DNA of 44,957 nt from Bacillota bacterium. GTDB lineage: Bacteria > Bacillota > Clostridia > Peptostreptococcales > Anaerovoracaceae. Each line of letters opens with the position of its first letter. Within the stretch, counting starts at the first letter, position 1. The stretch is from assembly GCA_041798185.1 (NCBI GenBank), contig JBHCAF010000111.1, positions 1-44,957 of the forward strand. Reading direction: 5' to 3'. The notes below the pieces were generated by a model. That model ran no database searches. It saw nothing but the letters and a program-made list of their open reading frames with translations, and had not been told where the DNA came from. Position numbers and translations under genes: made by a program. Shown here one piece after another: positions 9,181 to 17,933 of this stretch.

Positions 9181-9796
9181 CATTATCTTAATAGCGACGA
9201 TTTTATGCTGCTCCGTTTCCTGCGGTAAAAAAACTCCGCCGGAAGATCCTGTCCCTTCGGCGCCCATCGCGGCGAAGCCGGTTGACGCTGCGGCGGTTTT
9301 TGATGATGTGAACAGAGGCGACTGGTTTGAGGATCCTGTTTCATGGGGTGTTTCCGAGGGGATAACAGAACCCGCGAAGCCCGATCATTTCGGCGTGGCT
9401 GTCACGCTCAGCAAAGCGGAGATACTGATCGCAATATGGAAGGCCGCCGGAGCGCCCGGCAGAGTTCTGAACGCCAAGGCTCTTCCCGTGAGCGATCCTG
9501 ATTCAGACTATCAGAGAGCTCTTATTTGGGCTGTCGAAAGAAAGATAATAGGCGCGTCGGGCGATGAGGATGTGCTGCTCAAGGCGAGCAGGCTTGACGC
9601 TGTAGATTTTATGTGGAAAGAGGCCTTGATGCCGCTTGCGGAGCCTTCGGAGAATTTCAGGGATACCGAAGGCATTCAGTCTGTCGCCTGGGCAAAGGCG
9701 GCAAGGATAGCCTACGGCATAGGCAATGATCTCTTTGATCCGTATTCGGACTGCACCAAGGCTCATATCATAACATTCTTATACAGGGCAAAATAA
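9164..9796 (+). CDS. Putative lipoprotein with two SLH-like repeats
   Basis: Signal peptide with lipobox 'CSVSC|G'. Two 'F.D.....W....V.W......I' SLH-like segments ('FDDVNRGDWFEDPVSWGVSEGI', 'FRDTEGIQSVAWAKAARIAYGI...FDP'). Overlaps the preceding gene by 17 nt. Confidence 0.5.
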   Translation: MKKLISIILIATILCCSVSCGKKTPPEDPVPSAPIAAKPVDAAAVFDDVNRGDWFEDPVSWGVSEGITEPAKPDHFGVAVTLSKAEILIAIWKAAGAPGRVLNAKALPVSDPDSDYQRALIWAVERKIIGASGDEDVLLKASRLDAVDFMWKEALMPLAEPSENFRDTEGIQSVAWAKAARIAYGIGNDLFDPYSDCTKAHIITFLYRAK

Positions 9797-9920
9797 TTTA
9801 TTTGATAATATTGAGATCTTTATAAACGAAAAAGCTCATCAGTCAGCAAAAACAGCTTGAAAGTATCTTTAACGAAAGCAGGGACTTTAACAGGCCCTCT
9901 TTTTATGGTAATATTTACCT

Positions 9921-10310
9921 ATGGTAAATATTAGAAAACTTATTGTGATGATCATAATATCGTCGCTTGCGCTGTCCGGTACTGTCTCCTATATATTCAG
10001 AAGCGACAAAGGCGGCGCGCAGCTCAAGAGCTCAGTTATATGTCTTGATGAAAAGCACGATGGCGAGCTTTCGGAAAAAGCTCACGCTCCGAACGGCGGG
10101 CATGAAAAATATACAGATAAGATAGACCTTAACAGCGCCGGCTCCGAGGAGCTTCAGCTTGCTCCCGGCATAGGCCCTGCCAAGGCTCAGGCCATAATAG
10201 ATTACAGAGAGCAGTACGGGGATTTTTCGTGTGTTGAGGAGCTTATCGAGGTAAAGGGCATAGGAAGCAAAACTTTCGAGAAAATAAAGGGCTATTATAT
10301 GGTAAAATGA
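9921..10310 (+). CDS. comEA: ComEA-family helix-hairpin-helix DNA-binding protein
   Basis: N-terminal TM. '[56 protein letters not shown]' (tandem HhH). Confidence 0.85.
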   Translation: MVNIRKLIVMIIISSLALSGTVSYIFRSDKGGAQLKSSVICLDEKHDGELSEKAHAPNGGHEKYTDKIDLNSAGSEELQLAPGIGPAKAQAIIDYREQYGDFSCVEELIEVKGIGSKTFEKIKGYYMVK

Positions 10311-10314
10311 TTCT

Positions 10315-10524
10315 ATGGTTACAAAAGAACAAATAGACAGGATCAACGCTCTTGCCGCCAAAAAAAAGGCGGAGGGGCTGAGCGCGGAGGAACAGGCCGA
10401 GCAGGCGGAGCTTCGCAGGCTCTATATCGCGGCTTTTCGTGAAAATCTGGAGTCTCAGCTTAAAAATATAGAGATAGTTGAGCCTGACGATCCGAGACTT
10501 AAAACTTATGATAAGACAAACTAA
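10315..10524 (+). CDS. DUF896/UPF0291 (YnzC-like) small protein
   Basis: 'KEQIDRINALAAKKKAEGLSAEEQAEQAELRRLYIAAFRENL' matches the YnzC family pattern. Confidence 0.75.
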   Translation: MVTKEQIDRINALAAKKKAEGLSAEEQAEQAELRRLYIAAFRENLESQLKNIEIVEPDDPRLKTYDKTN

Positions 10525-11530
10525 AGTTCTTGTTGGTTTTTCCGGCGGCGTGGACAGTACGGCTGCCGTGATACTTCTGAAAAAGGCCGGCTATGAAGTA
10601 GTCGGTCTTTGTTTTAATGTGCTTGACGACAGCTTCTCCGACAAGCTTCAGCTTGCCGCGGATAAGCTCAGGATAAAGCTCATAAAACAATGTGTCGCGG
10701 CGGAATTCAGGGAAAAGGTCATAAAGCCGTTTATAAGAGAATATGAGAGCGGAAAAACTCCGAACCCCTGCATTTTCTGCAATCCCGAAATCAAGTTCAG
10801 GCTTCTTGCGAAGACCGCGGATATGGAGGGCTGCGATTATATAGCCAGCGGCCATTACGCCGGAGTTCAGCGTATCAACGGCAGCTATTTTATAAAAAAA
10901 GCGCTCAATTCCGCTAAAGACCAGTCCTATGTGCTTTACAGACTGCCGCAGGAAATACTGAGCAGACTTATACTGCCTCTGCACGGGGCTTACAGCAAGG
11001 ATGATGTACGCTCCCTGCTTTCGGAGGAGGGGCTTCCCAATGCCGAGGAAAAAGACAGTCAGGATATATGCTTTATACCCGAGGGAAATTACGCCCGTTA
11101 TCTTCTGTCTGCCGGAGCCGCAGACAGGAAGGGCAATTTCATAGATATGAGCGGCAGGGTGATCGCGAAGCACCAGGGCATATTGAATTATACCGTAGGG
11201 CAGCGCAAGGGGCTGGGAATAAGCTTCGGAAGACCCGCCTATGTTGTTGAATTCAGAGGAAACGACATAGTCTTGGGCTACGAGGAAGACCTTTTCAAAA
11301 AGCAGGTCGCGGTCGGCGATATGTTCTGGACAAAGTCGGCGCCCCCAGACGGTTCAAAGCTGTACTGCAAGCTTAGATACTCGGCTAAGGACGCGCTGTG
11401 TACTCTGCATCATACCGAGGACGGCGTGCTGCTGAGCTTTGAAGAGGCTCAAAGGGCGCCGACGCCGGGACAGTCCGCGGTTTTATATTACAATAAGCTT
11501 GTAATAGGCGGCGGATTCATTGTAAAATAA
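10508..11530 (+). CDS. mnmA: tRNA-specific 2-thiouridylase MnmA
   Basis: PP-loop 'VLVGFSGGVDSTAA', 'TPNPCIFCN', 'KDQSYVLY', 'DSQDICF'. ATG 10508 preferred over the upstream start at 10478. Confidence 0.92.
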   Translation: MIRQTKVLVGFSGGVDSTAAVILLKKAGYEVVGLCFNVLDDSFSDKLQLAADKLRIKLIKQCVAAEFREKVIKPFIREYESGKTPNPCIFCNPEIKFRLLAKTADMEGCDYIASGHYAGVQRINGSYFIKKALNSAKDQSYVLYRLPQEILSRLILPLHGAYSKDDVRSLLSEEGLPNAEEKDSQDICFIPEGNYARYLLSAGAADRKGNFIDMSGRVIAKHQGILNYTVGQRKGLGISFGRPAYVVEFRGNDIVLGYEEDLFKKQVAVGDMFWTKSAPPDGSKLYCKLRYSAKDALCTLHHTEDGVLLSFEEAQRAPTPGQSAVLYYNKLVIGGGFIVK

Positions 11531-11621
11531 TAGGGTTTTAATATTTTTATCATATCGACGGGCAGCTTTGCTCCGCGGCCGGAAACAGGCTTTTATTTTT
11601 CGGAAAAGAGGAAATACATTT

Positions 11622-14255
11622 ATGAGATATATGGGAGTTAATGAAGTCAGGGAAAAGTTTCTTTCATTTTGGGAATCCAAGGGATGTCTCAGGCATGAAA
11701 GCTATTCGCTCGTTCCTCCGCAGACGGATAAATCGCTGCTTCTTATAGCTGCCGGCATGGCGCCGCTCAAGCCTTATTTCGCGGGCGTCGAGGAGCCTCC
11801 GCGCCACAGGATGACCACCTGTCAGAAATGTATAAGGACGAATGACATAGACAATGTGGGTCACACCGCGAGGCACGCGACCTATTTTGAGATGCTCGGC
11901 AATTTCAGCTTCGGTGATTATTTCAAGAGAGAATCTCTTAACTGGGGCTGGGAATTCGTAACGAGCCCCGAATGGCTCGGAATACCGGCAGATAAGATAT
12001 GGGCCACGGTATATGAGGACGATGACGAGGCTTATGATATCTGGAAAAACGAGATAGGTATGCCCGAGGAAAAAATTGTCCGTCTGGGCAAGGCTGATAA
12101 TTTCTGGGAGATAGGGACCGGCCCCTGCGGTCCATGCTCGGAGATATATTTCGACCGCGGCGAGGAATACGGCTGCGGAAGCGCGGACTGCAAGCCGGGC
12201 TGCGACTGCGACCGCTATATGGAATTCTGGAACCATGTATTTACCCAGTTCGACAGACAGGAGGACGGCTCCTACCTCGAGCTTGAGCACAAGAACATAG
12301 ATACCGGAATGGGCCTTGAACGCATGGCGTGCATAATGCAGGGCGTGGATTCGATTTACAATGTCGACACCATGCAGGCTATATTGCAGGAGGTGTGCAG
12401 ACTTTCGGGAATAAGCTACTGCGACGGCAAGGCGAAAAGCGATATATCGCTTCGAATAATAACCGACCACATACGCGCCGTTTCCTTTATGATATGCGAC
12501 GGGATACTGCCGTCCAACGAGGGTAGGGGCTATATTTTAAGAAGACTTTTAAGACGCGCCGCAAGGCACGGAAGGCTTATAGGTATCAAGAACACCTTCC
12601 TTACCGGTCTATGCGATAAGGTGATAGAAACCTCGGGAGAGGCCTATAAGGATCTTGTCGAAAGACAAGAATATATAAAGAAAATAATAAAAATAGAAGA
12701 GGATAAATTCGCCTCCACCATAGACAAGGGAAGTGAGATACTTGAGCTTTACATAAAAGACGCGAAAAAGGCCGGCTCCTCGGTACTGGACGGAGAAAAA
12801 TGCTTCAGTCTTTACGATACCTACGGATTCCCGATAGAGCTGACTCAGGAGATAGCGGCCGACGCGGGCTTTGAGGTCGATTCTGACGGCTTTGCCGCTA
12901 AAATGCAGGCCGCAAAAGAGCTTGCGAGAAGCGCGAGAAGCGACGATGAAAACGAGGGCTGGCTCGATGAGGCAGTAATGTATAAGGATATGCCTCAGAC
13001 AGAGTTTTCGGGCTATCATTCTCTTATTTCGGAAAGCCGCGTGATAGGGATAGTAAAGGGCATGAGCTCGCTGAGCTCGGCGTCCGAGGGAGATGAGCTC
13101 AGGATAGTCCTTGATTCGACTCCTTTCTACGGCGAGGGCGGAGGACAGACGGGCGATACGGGAGTTCTTGTCTCCGACGGCTTTAACGCCGCTGTCACCG
13201 ACACTATAAAGGTAAACGGCGTTTATGTTCATAAATGCGTTATAAGCGCGGGAGAGATAAGCGTGGGAAGCAGCGTAACGGCCTGCGTGGACGCGATCAG
13301 AAGACACGCCATAGCGAGAAATCACAGCGCGACGCATCTGCTTCAGAGCGCTCTTCGGGCGGTTTTGGGAGAGCATGTCGAGCAGGCGGGCTCTTATGTG
13401 ACAGAGGATTATCTCAGATTCGACTTCACTCATTTTGAAGCGATAAGCAAGGATGAGCTCGCCGCTATCGAGGATATCGTGAACTGCGAGATACTTAAGT
13501 TCACGCCGGTAGAGACGAAGATAATGCCGCTGGACGAGGCCAGAAAGCTCGGCGCAATGATGCTCTTCGGAGAGAAATACGGCAGCGAGGTCAGGGTCGT
13601 AAATGTTCCCGATTTTTCGATGGAATTCTGCGGAGGAACTCATGTTGAGAATATCGGCCAGATAGGCTGCTTTAAGATATTGAGCGAGACGGCGGTAGCT
13701 GCCGGAACGCGCCGTATAGAGGCTGTTACCGGAGACGCCGTAAGGCAGCTCCTGAACGATGAGCAGGACCGCATAGCGGAAGCCGCCGCCAGCCTTAAGA
13801 CCAATCCTCAGGCTCTCACAAGAAAAGCGGAGGATGTGGCGGCAGAGCTCAAAGGTCTTAAAAAGGAGCTTGAAGAGCTCAAGGCGAAGGCTGCCGGCGA
13901 AGGAGCGGGAGAGCTTATAGCTTCGGCCAGAGAGGTCGCCGGAAAGCGTCTCATAACAAAGAAATTCGAGGGCGCCGATATCGGGCAGCTCAGGAGCATA
14001 AGCGATAAGATAAAAGCGAGCGAAAAGAATGTTGTAATGGTATTTGCAGCTCTTAACGGAAGCAAGACGACTCTGATGGTCTCGGTGAGCGACGATCTTC
14101 TTGACAAGGGGGTTCACGCCGGCAATATGATAAAGCAGATAGCTGCTATATGCGGAGGCGGAGGAGGCGGCAAGGCCGATATGGCTCAGGCCGGAGCCAA
14201 AGACGCTTCCAAGCTCGACGAGGCCTTCGCAAAAGCCGAAGACTTGCTTAAGTGA
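11622..14255 (+). CDS. alaS: Alanine--tRNA ligase
   Basis: 'EVREKFLSFWESKGC', 'FEMLGNFSFGDYFK', 'GMGLERM', editing 'HSATHLL' / 'CGGTHV', C-terminal DHHA1 'GGGGGGKADMAQAG'. AAGAGGA SD before ATG 11622. Confidence 0.97.
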   Translation: MRYMGVNEVREKFLSFWESKGCLRHESYSLVPPQTDKSLLLIAAGMAPLKPYFAGVEEPPRHRMTTCQKCIRTNDIDNVGHTARHATYFEMLGNFSFGDYFKRESLNWGWEFVTSPEWLGIPADKIWATVYEDDDEAYDIWKNEIGMPEEKIVRLGKADNFWEIGTGPCGPCSEIYFDRGEEYGCGSADCKPGCDCDRYMEFWNHVFTQFDRQEDGSYLELEHKNIDTGMGLERMACIMQGVDSIYNVDTMQAILQEVCRLSGISYCDGKAKSDISLRIITDHIRAVSFMICDGILPSNEGRGYILRRLLRRAARHGRLIGIKNTFLTGLCDKVIETSGEAYKDLVERQEYIKKIIKIEEDKFASTIDKGSEILELYIKDAKKAGSSVLDGEKCFSLYDTYGFPIELTQEIAADAGFEVDSDGFAAKMQAAKELARSARSDDENEGWLDEAVMYKDMPQTEFSGYHSLISESRVIGIVKGMSSLSSASEGDELRIVLDSTPFYGEGGGQTGDTGVLVSDGFNAAVTDTIKVNGVYVHKCVISAGEISVGSSVTACVDAIRRHAIARNHSATHLLQSALRAVLGEHVEQAGSYVTEDYLRFDFTHFEAISKDELAAIEDIVNCEILKFTPVETKIMPLDEARKLGAMMLFGEKYGSEVRVVNVPDFSMEFCGGTHVENIGQIGCFKILSETAVAAGTRRIEAVTGDAVRQLLNDEQDRIAEAAASLKTNPQALTRKAEDVAAELKGLKKELEELKAKAAGEGAGELIASAREVAGKRLITKKFEGADIGQLRSISDKIKASEKNVVMVFAALNGSKTTLMVSVSDDLLDKGVHAGNMIKQIAAICGGGGGGKADMAQAGAKDASKLDEAFAKAEDLLK

Positions 14256-14297
14256 CATAATTAGGATATAATAACTTGACGGATCAAGGAGGAACAT

Positions 14298-14546
14298 ATG
14301 GAAAGAAATACTATACTTTTCACCAGCCCCGACAAAAATGTGGAGCATACCACGGAAGAAATCCTCAATATGGTTTATGAGGCTCTTGACGAAAAGGGCT
14401 ATAATGCGGTCGATCAGATGGTCGGTTATATTCTTTCCGGAGATCCATCGTATATAACAGGACATAACAATGCGCGCAATCTCATAAGAAGGATCGAAAG
14501 AGACGACCTTGTTGAGGAATTGCTGCGGAGATTTCTTAATAAGTAA
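14298..14546 (+). CDS. ireB: IreB-family regulatory phosphoprotein (UPF0297/DUF965)
   Basis: '[51 protein letters not shown]'. Position directly after alaS, as in other Firmicutes. Confidence 0.88.
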   Translation: MERNTILFTSPDKNVEHTTEEILNMVYEALDEKGYNAVDQMVGYILSGDPSYITGHNNARNLIRRIERDDLVEELLRRFLNK

Positions 14547-14564
14547 ATCGGATTAAGCTTCCGG

Positions 14565-14600
14565 ATATACGGCTGCATTTTTGTAGCCGTATATTTTTTG
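14565..14600 (+). terminator. Rho-independent terminator after ireB
   Basis: ATATACGGCT-(10 nt)-AGCCGTATAT followed by TTTTT. Confidence 0.8.
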
Positions 14601-14642
14601 GAGAAGAGAAAATTTTAGGAACAGATCAGAAGCTTTATATAA

Positions 14643-15542
14643 ATGTTTAAGGTCGTTTTTTTGGCAGGGCCTACCGCCGTCGGGAAAACTGAATATGCGA
14701 TCAGGCTTGCCGAGGATCTGAACGGTGAGATAATTTCGGCCGATTCCATGCAGATATACAGGTATATGGATATAGGCTCCGCGAAGCCTACGGCGGATGA
14801 AAGGCGGCGCGTGAAGCATTGGCTCGTGGATGAGATAGACCCGAAAAGTCCCTTTAATGTTTCTTCTTATCAGCAGCTCGCGAAAAAATATATAAACGAT
14901 GTGCATATGCGGGCAAAGCTTCCTATAGTATGCGGCGGTACGGGGCTTTATTTCAACTCTCTTCTTTATGAGATGGATTTTGCGGCTCCGGAGGGCGATG
15001 AGGGATACCGAAAAAAGCTGCTTGAAAAATACGATACTCCGGAAAAGCTGTTCGAGCGTCTCAGGAGCCTTGACTCCTCGGCAGCGAAAGAAGATGACAA
15101 AAACAATCTCAAGAGAATAGCGAGATATATCGAAAGACTCGAAAAGGGCGAAGCGCGGCTCGCAGGCTTTGCGGATATAAAGCGCAAAAACAAAGATTAC
15201 GAGCCCTTGTTCATCTGTCTTTGCATGGACAGAAAAAAGCTTTACGAGCGCATAAACAGGCGCGTTGATATGATGATGGCAGCCGGTCTTCCCGATGAGG
15301 TGAAGAAGCTGCGTGAAATGGGCTTTAAGCCCTCGGATATCGCTATGAAGGGCATAGGCTATAAGGAGCTCATGGAGGGCCGTCCGCAGGACGAGGCCGC
15401 AGAGGAGATCAAAAAGGCCACAAGGCATTATGCCAAGCGCCAGATCATATGGTTCAGGCGCTACGGCGATGATATCAAATACTTTGATGTCGATACCGAC
15501 GGTTATGATAAAGTGCTTGCATGGGTAAAAGAGAAATTGTGA
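14643..15542 (+). CDS. miaA: tRNA dimethylallyltransferase
   Basis: P-loop 'LAGPTAVGKT', 'IISADSMQIYRYMDIGSAKPT', 'TRHYAKRQIIWFR'. Confidence 0.95.
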   Translation: MFKVVFLAGPTAVGKTEYAIRLAEDLNGEIISADSMQIYRYMDIGSAKPTADERRRVKHWLVDEIDPKSPFNVSSYQQLAKKYINDVHMRAKLPIVCGGTGLYFNSLLYEMDFAAPEGDEGYRKKLLEKYDTPEKLFERLRSLDSSAAKEDDKNNLKRIARYIERLEKGEARLAGFADIKRKNKDYEPLFICLCMDRKKLYERINRRVDMMMAAGLPDEVKKLREMGFKPSDIAMKGIGYKELMEGRPQDEAAEEIKKATRHYAKRQIIWFRRYGDDIKYFDVDTDGYDKVLAWVKEKL

Positions 15543-16651
15543 TACACAACAAATCGGACAAGCCCGATAATGTTGTGGAAAAAGAAAATAAGATATTCGA
15601 GGACTGTGAAAAGATCGAGAGCGAGCTTCCGGGCTGGCTCCGCGGTTTTTTCGTGTATCTGAAAAACAATATACTTCCGATGAGCAGGCTTTCATACTTG
15701 AGAGAGCTTCGCTTCTTTTTGAATTATCTTATCTCGGAGCACATCATCGAAAAGCCCGATATCAAGGCTGTAAGCCCCGAGGATTTAAACGGGATAAGAT
15801 CCGTTGATGTGAATGTCTTTATAGATCACTGCCGGCGATACAAGCTTGAAAAAGAAAACAAAACAGAGATATTCACGAATAAAAACGCGGCGCTGTCACA
15901 TAAAAAGTCCGCGATATCCGTATTTTTCAAATATCTTTACCGCGACGGCTTTGTGGACAGGAATATTACAGACGGCTTTGACCCTATACGCCTTCCAAAG
16001 CCGGGCGAACGCGAAATAAAAGCCCTGCAGGACGACGAGGTGATGACTATGCTCGACGCGGTGCAGAGCGGCGAAGGGCTTTCAGCTCACGAAAAAAAAT
16101 TCTGGAAAAAGACGAAGGAAAGAGATAAGCTCATACTGCTGCTTCTCGTGACCTACGGTCTGAGGCTTTCCGAGCTTCAGCAGCTCAATATAAGCTCCTT
16201 TAATTTCGATCGCGGAGAATTCAAGATATACAGAAAGCGCGGCAAGGAATCCGTGATGCCGATAAACGAGACCATTAGAGCGGCCTTTGCCGGATATGTT
16301 AATCTCGAGAGACCTCCGGACGACGAGCTTGATGAAAAGTATAAGGACGCGCTGCTGCTTTCGCTTCGCGGAAGCCGGCTCACAGACAGGCAGATAAGAG
16401 AGATCGTAAAAAAATACACCGCCATCGCGCTCGGAAGCTCGCAAAAGGACGGCTACAGTCCTCACAAGCTCAGGGCGACCGCGGCGACCTCGCTGATAGG
16501 GCGCGGACATTCGATATACGATGTCCAGGAGCTGCTTGACCACGAAAATGTAACTACGACCCAGCTCTACGCGAGGCATAAGCTAAATACCAAGCGCGAG
16601 CTCATAAAGAACTTTGAATGGGGAGAGGACTTGGAGAAAAAAAATGAATAA
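15521..16651 (+). CDS. Tyrosine recombinase (phage-integrase/Xer superfamily), operon-embedded
   Basis: N-terminal SAM-like core-binding region. Catalytic 'GLRLSEL' (Arg), 'HKLRATAATSL' (HxxR), 'LLDHENVTTTQLYAR' (His, Tyr). Overlaps the miaA 3' end by 22 nt and the ynbB start by 8 nt. Confidence 0.85.
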   Translation: MGKREIVIHNKSDKPDNVVEKENKIFEDCEKIESELPGWLRGFFVYLKNNILPMSRLSYLRELRFFLNYLISEHIIEKPDIKAVSPEDLNGIRSVDVNVFIDHCRRYKLEKENKTEIFTNKNAALSHKKSAISVFFKYLYRDGFVDRNITDGFDPIRLPKPGEREIKALQDDEVMTMLDAVQSGEGLSAHEKKFWKKTKERDKLILLLLVTYGLRLSELQQLNISSFNFDRGEFKIYRKRGKESVMPINETIRAAFAGYVNLERPPDDELDEKYKDALLLSLRGSRLTDRQIREIVKKYTAIALGSSQKDGYSPHKLRATAATSLIGRGHSIYDVQELLDHENVTTTQLYARHKLNTKRELIKNFEWGEDLEKKNE

Positions 16652-17933
16652 AGAAACACAGGATCTGCTGCGCGAAAAATTTTCGGTGGACGCCGATACC
16701 GTTGAAAGAGTAGAAAGGGCCGAAAAACGCCTTGGCGAAAGCTTCGCCGCGCTTGACGAGATAATGGCTTACAATCAATATAAAGTGCTGTACGAATTTC
16801 AAAAGGCCCGTATAAACGATCAGCATTTCGCCTGGAATACAGGCTACGGCTATGATGACATAGGACGGGCCGCTCTTGAGCAGCTATTTGCGGACATATT
16901 CGGCGCTGAGGCGGGCTTTGTCAGGACTCAGATAGTAAACGGCACTCACGCTCTCGCGTCAGTGTATCTCGGGCTTCTGAGAAGCGGCGATGAGCTCATA
17001 TATTGCAACGGCGATCCGTATGATACCATGCAGACCGTTATAGGACTCAAGGGCAGCGCCGCAGGCTCTCTTGCAGAGTACGGCGTAAAATACCGACAGA
17101 TAGATATGCTGCCCGGAAACAGGATAGATATAGAGGCTGTGAAAAAGGCCATAGGACCTGACACCAAGGTCGTCGCGCTCCAAAGAAGCAGGGGCTATTC
17201 TTTCAGAAACGCCATGACTATCCCTCAGATAGAGGAATGGGCTTTTGCCTGCCATGAAGTAAAGCCTGATGTTATATGTATGGTAGACAACTGCTACGGC
17301 GAATTTACCGACAGCAGGGAGCCGACAGAGGTCGGCGCCGATATAATGGCGGGCTCTCTTATAAAAAACCCGGGCGGCGGGCTCGCGCTCTCCGGAGGCT
17401 ATATAGTAGGCAGAAAAGAGCTTGTAGACAGGGTCGCGTGCAGAGTTATATGCCCCGGCATAGGAGGGGAATGCGGACTCACCTTCGGACAGACGAGAAC
17501 GATGTTTCAGGGCATATTCATAGCGCCAAGAGTAACGAACGGCGCGATAAAAGGCGCGGCGCTGTGCGCCGAGGTCTTTGAGGAGCTCGGATATGAGGTT
17601 TGCCCGAGAGCCGGCGAGCCTCGCAACGATATAGTCGAGGCGGTAAAGCTCGGAAGTCCCGAGGCCGTATGCGCTTTTTGCGAGGGCGTTCAGGCGGCGG
17701 CGGCGATAGACGCTTATGTTACGCCTATCCCTTGGGATATGCCGGGCTACAGCGATCAGGTGATAATGGCCGCGGGCGCTTTTGTCGGAGGTTCGAGCAT
17801 TGAGCTTTCCGCGGACGCTCCCATGAGAGAGCCCTATAATGTTTTCTTCCAGGGAGGCATAACCTATGAGCACTCAAAATTCGGAGTTATAAAAGCTTTG
17901 CAGCAGATGAAAGATAAGGGGATAGTAAAATGA
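16644..17933 (+). CDS. ynbB: YnbB/'aluminium resistance' family PLP-dependent (methionine gamma-lyase-like) protein
   Basis: 'NQYKVLYEFQKARINDQHF..TGYGYDD.GR', PLP-lysine region 'GSLIKNPGGGLA'. ATG 16644 preferred. Confidence 0.8.
   Translation: MNKETQDLLREKFSVDADTVERVERAEKRLGESFAALDEIMAYNQYKVLYEFQKARINDQHFAWNTGYGYDDIGRAALEQLFADIFGAEAGFVRTQIVNGTHALASVYLGLLRSGDELIYCNGDPYDTMQTVIGLKGSAAGSLAEYGVKYRQIDMLPGNRIDIEAVKKAIGPDTKVVALQRSRGYSFRNAMTIPQIEEWAFACHEVKPDVICMVDNCYGEFTDSREPTEVGADIMAGSLIKNPGGGLALSGGYIVGRKELVDRVACRVICPGIGGECGLTFGQTRTMFQGIFIAPRVTNGAIKGAALCAEVFEELGYEVCPRAGEPRNDIVEAVKLGSPEAVCAFCEGVQAAAAIDAYVTPIPWDMPGYSDQVIMAAGAFVGGSSIELSADAPMREPYNVFFQGGITYEHSKFGVIKALQQMKDKGIVK

Noticed and set aside
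11531-11621. Possible T-box leader or attenuator upstream of alaS
   Set aside because: Only ~90 nt are available. No specifier-loop or T-box (AAnnnGGGTGGTACCGCG-like) sequence is visible and there is no convincing terminator/antiterminator pair. That is too short for a T-box riboswitch.
12609-14465. 618-aa ORF on the minus strand covering most of alaS and ireB
   Set aside because: It is a codon-aligned shadow of alaS. Both use triplets starting at positions divisible by 3, so antisense stops can only come from sense TTA, CTA or TCA codons, which this genome largely avoids. The translation is R/S/L/Y-rich and low in complexity, with no recognisable motif or SD, whereas alaS is unmistakable.
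14553-15695. 380-aa minus-strand ORF antisense to miaA. Similar cases: 16959-17873 antisense to ynbB, 38693-39664 antisense to mltG, 10499-11173 antisense to mnmA.
   Set aside because: I checked that 14553-15695 and 38693-39664 are codon-phase-aligned with miaA and mltG respectively. The other two lack motifs and start signals in the same way. These are a by-product of codon usage (few TTA/CTA/TCA), not overlapping genes.
15521-16651. Integrase as a marker of a prophage, ICE or genomic island
   Set aside because: Both flanks are conserved housekeeping genes that overlap it. There is no tRNA/tmRNA target, no flanking direct repeats that I could find, and no excisionase, replication, capsid or conjugation genes within the window.
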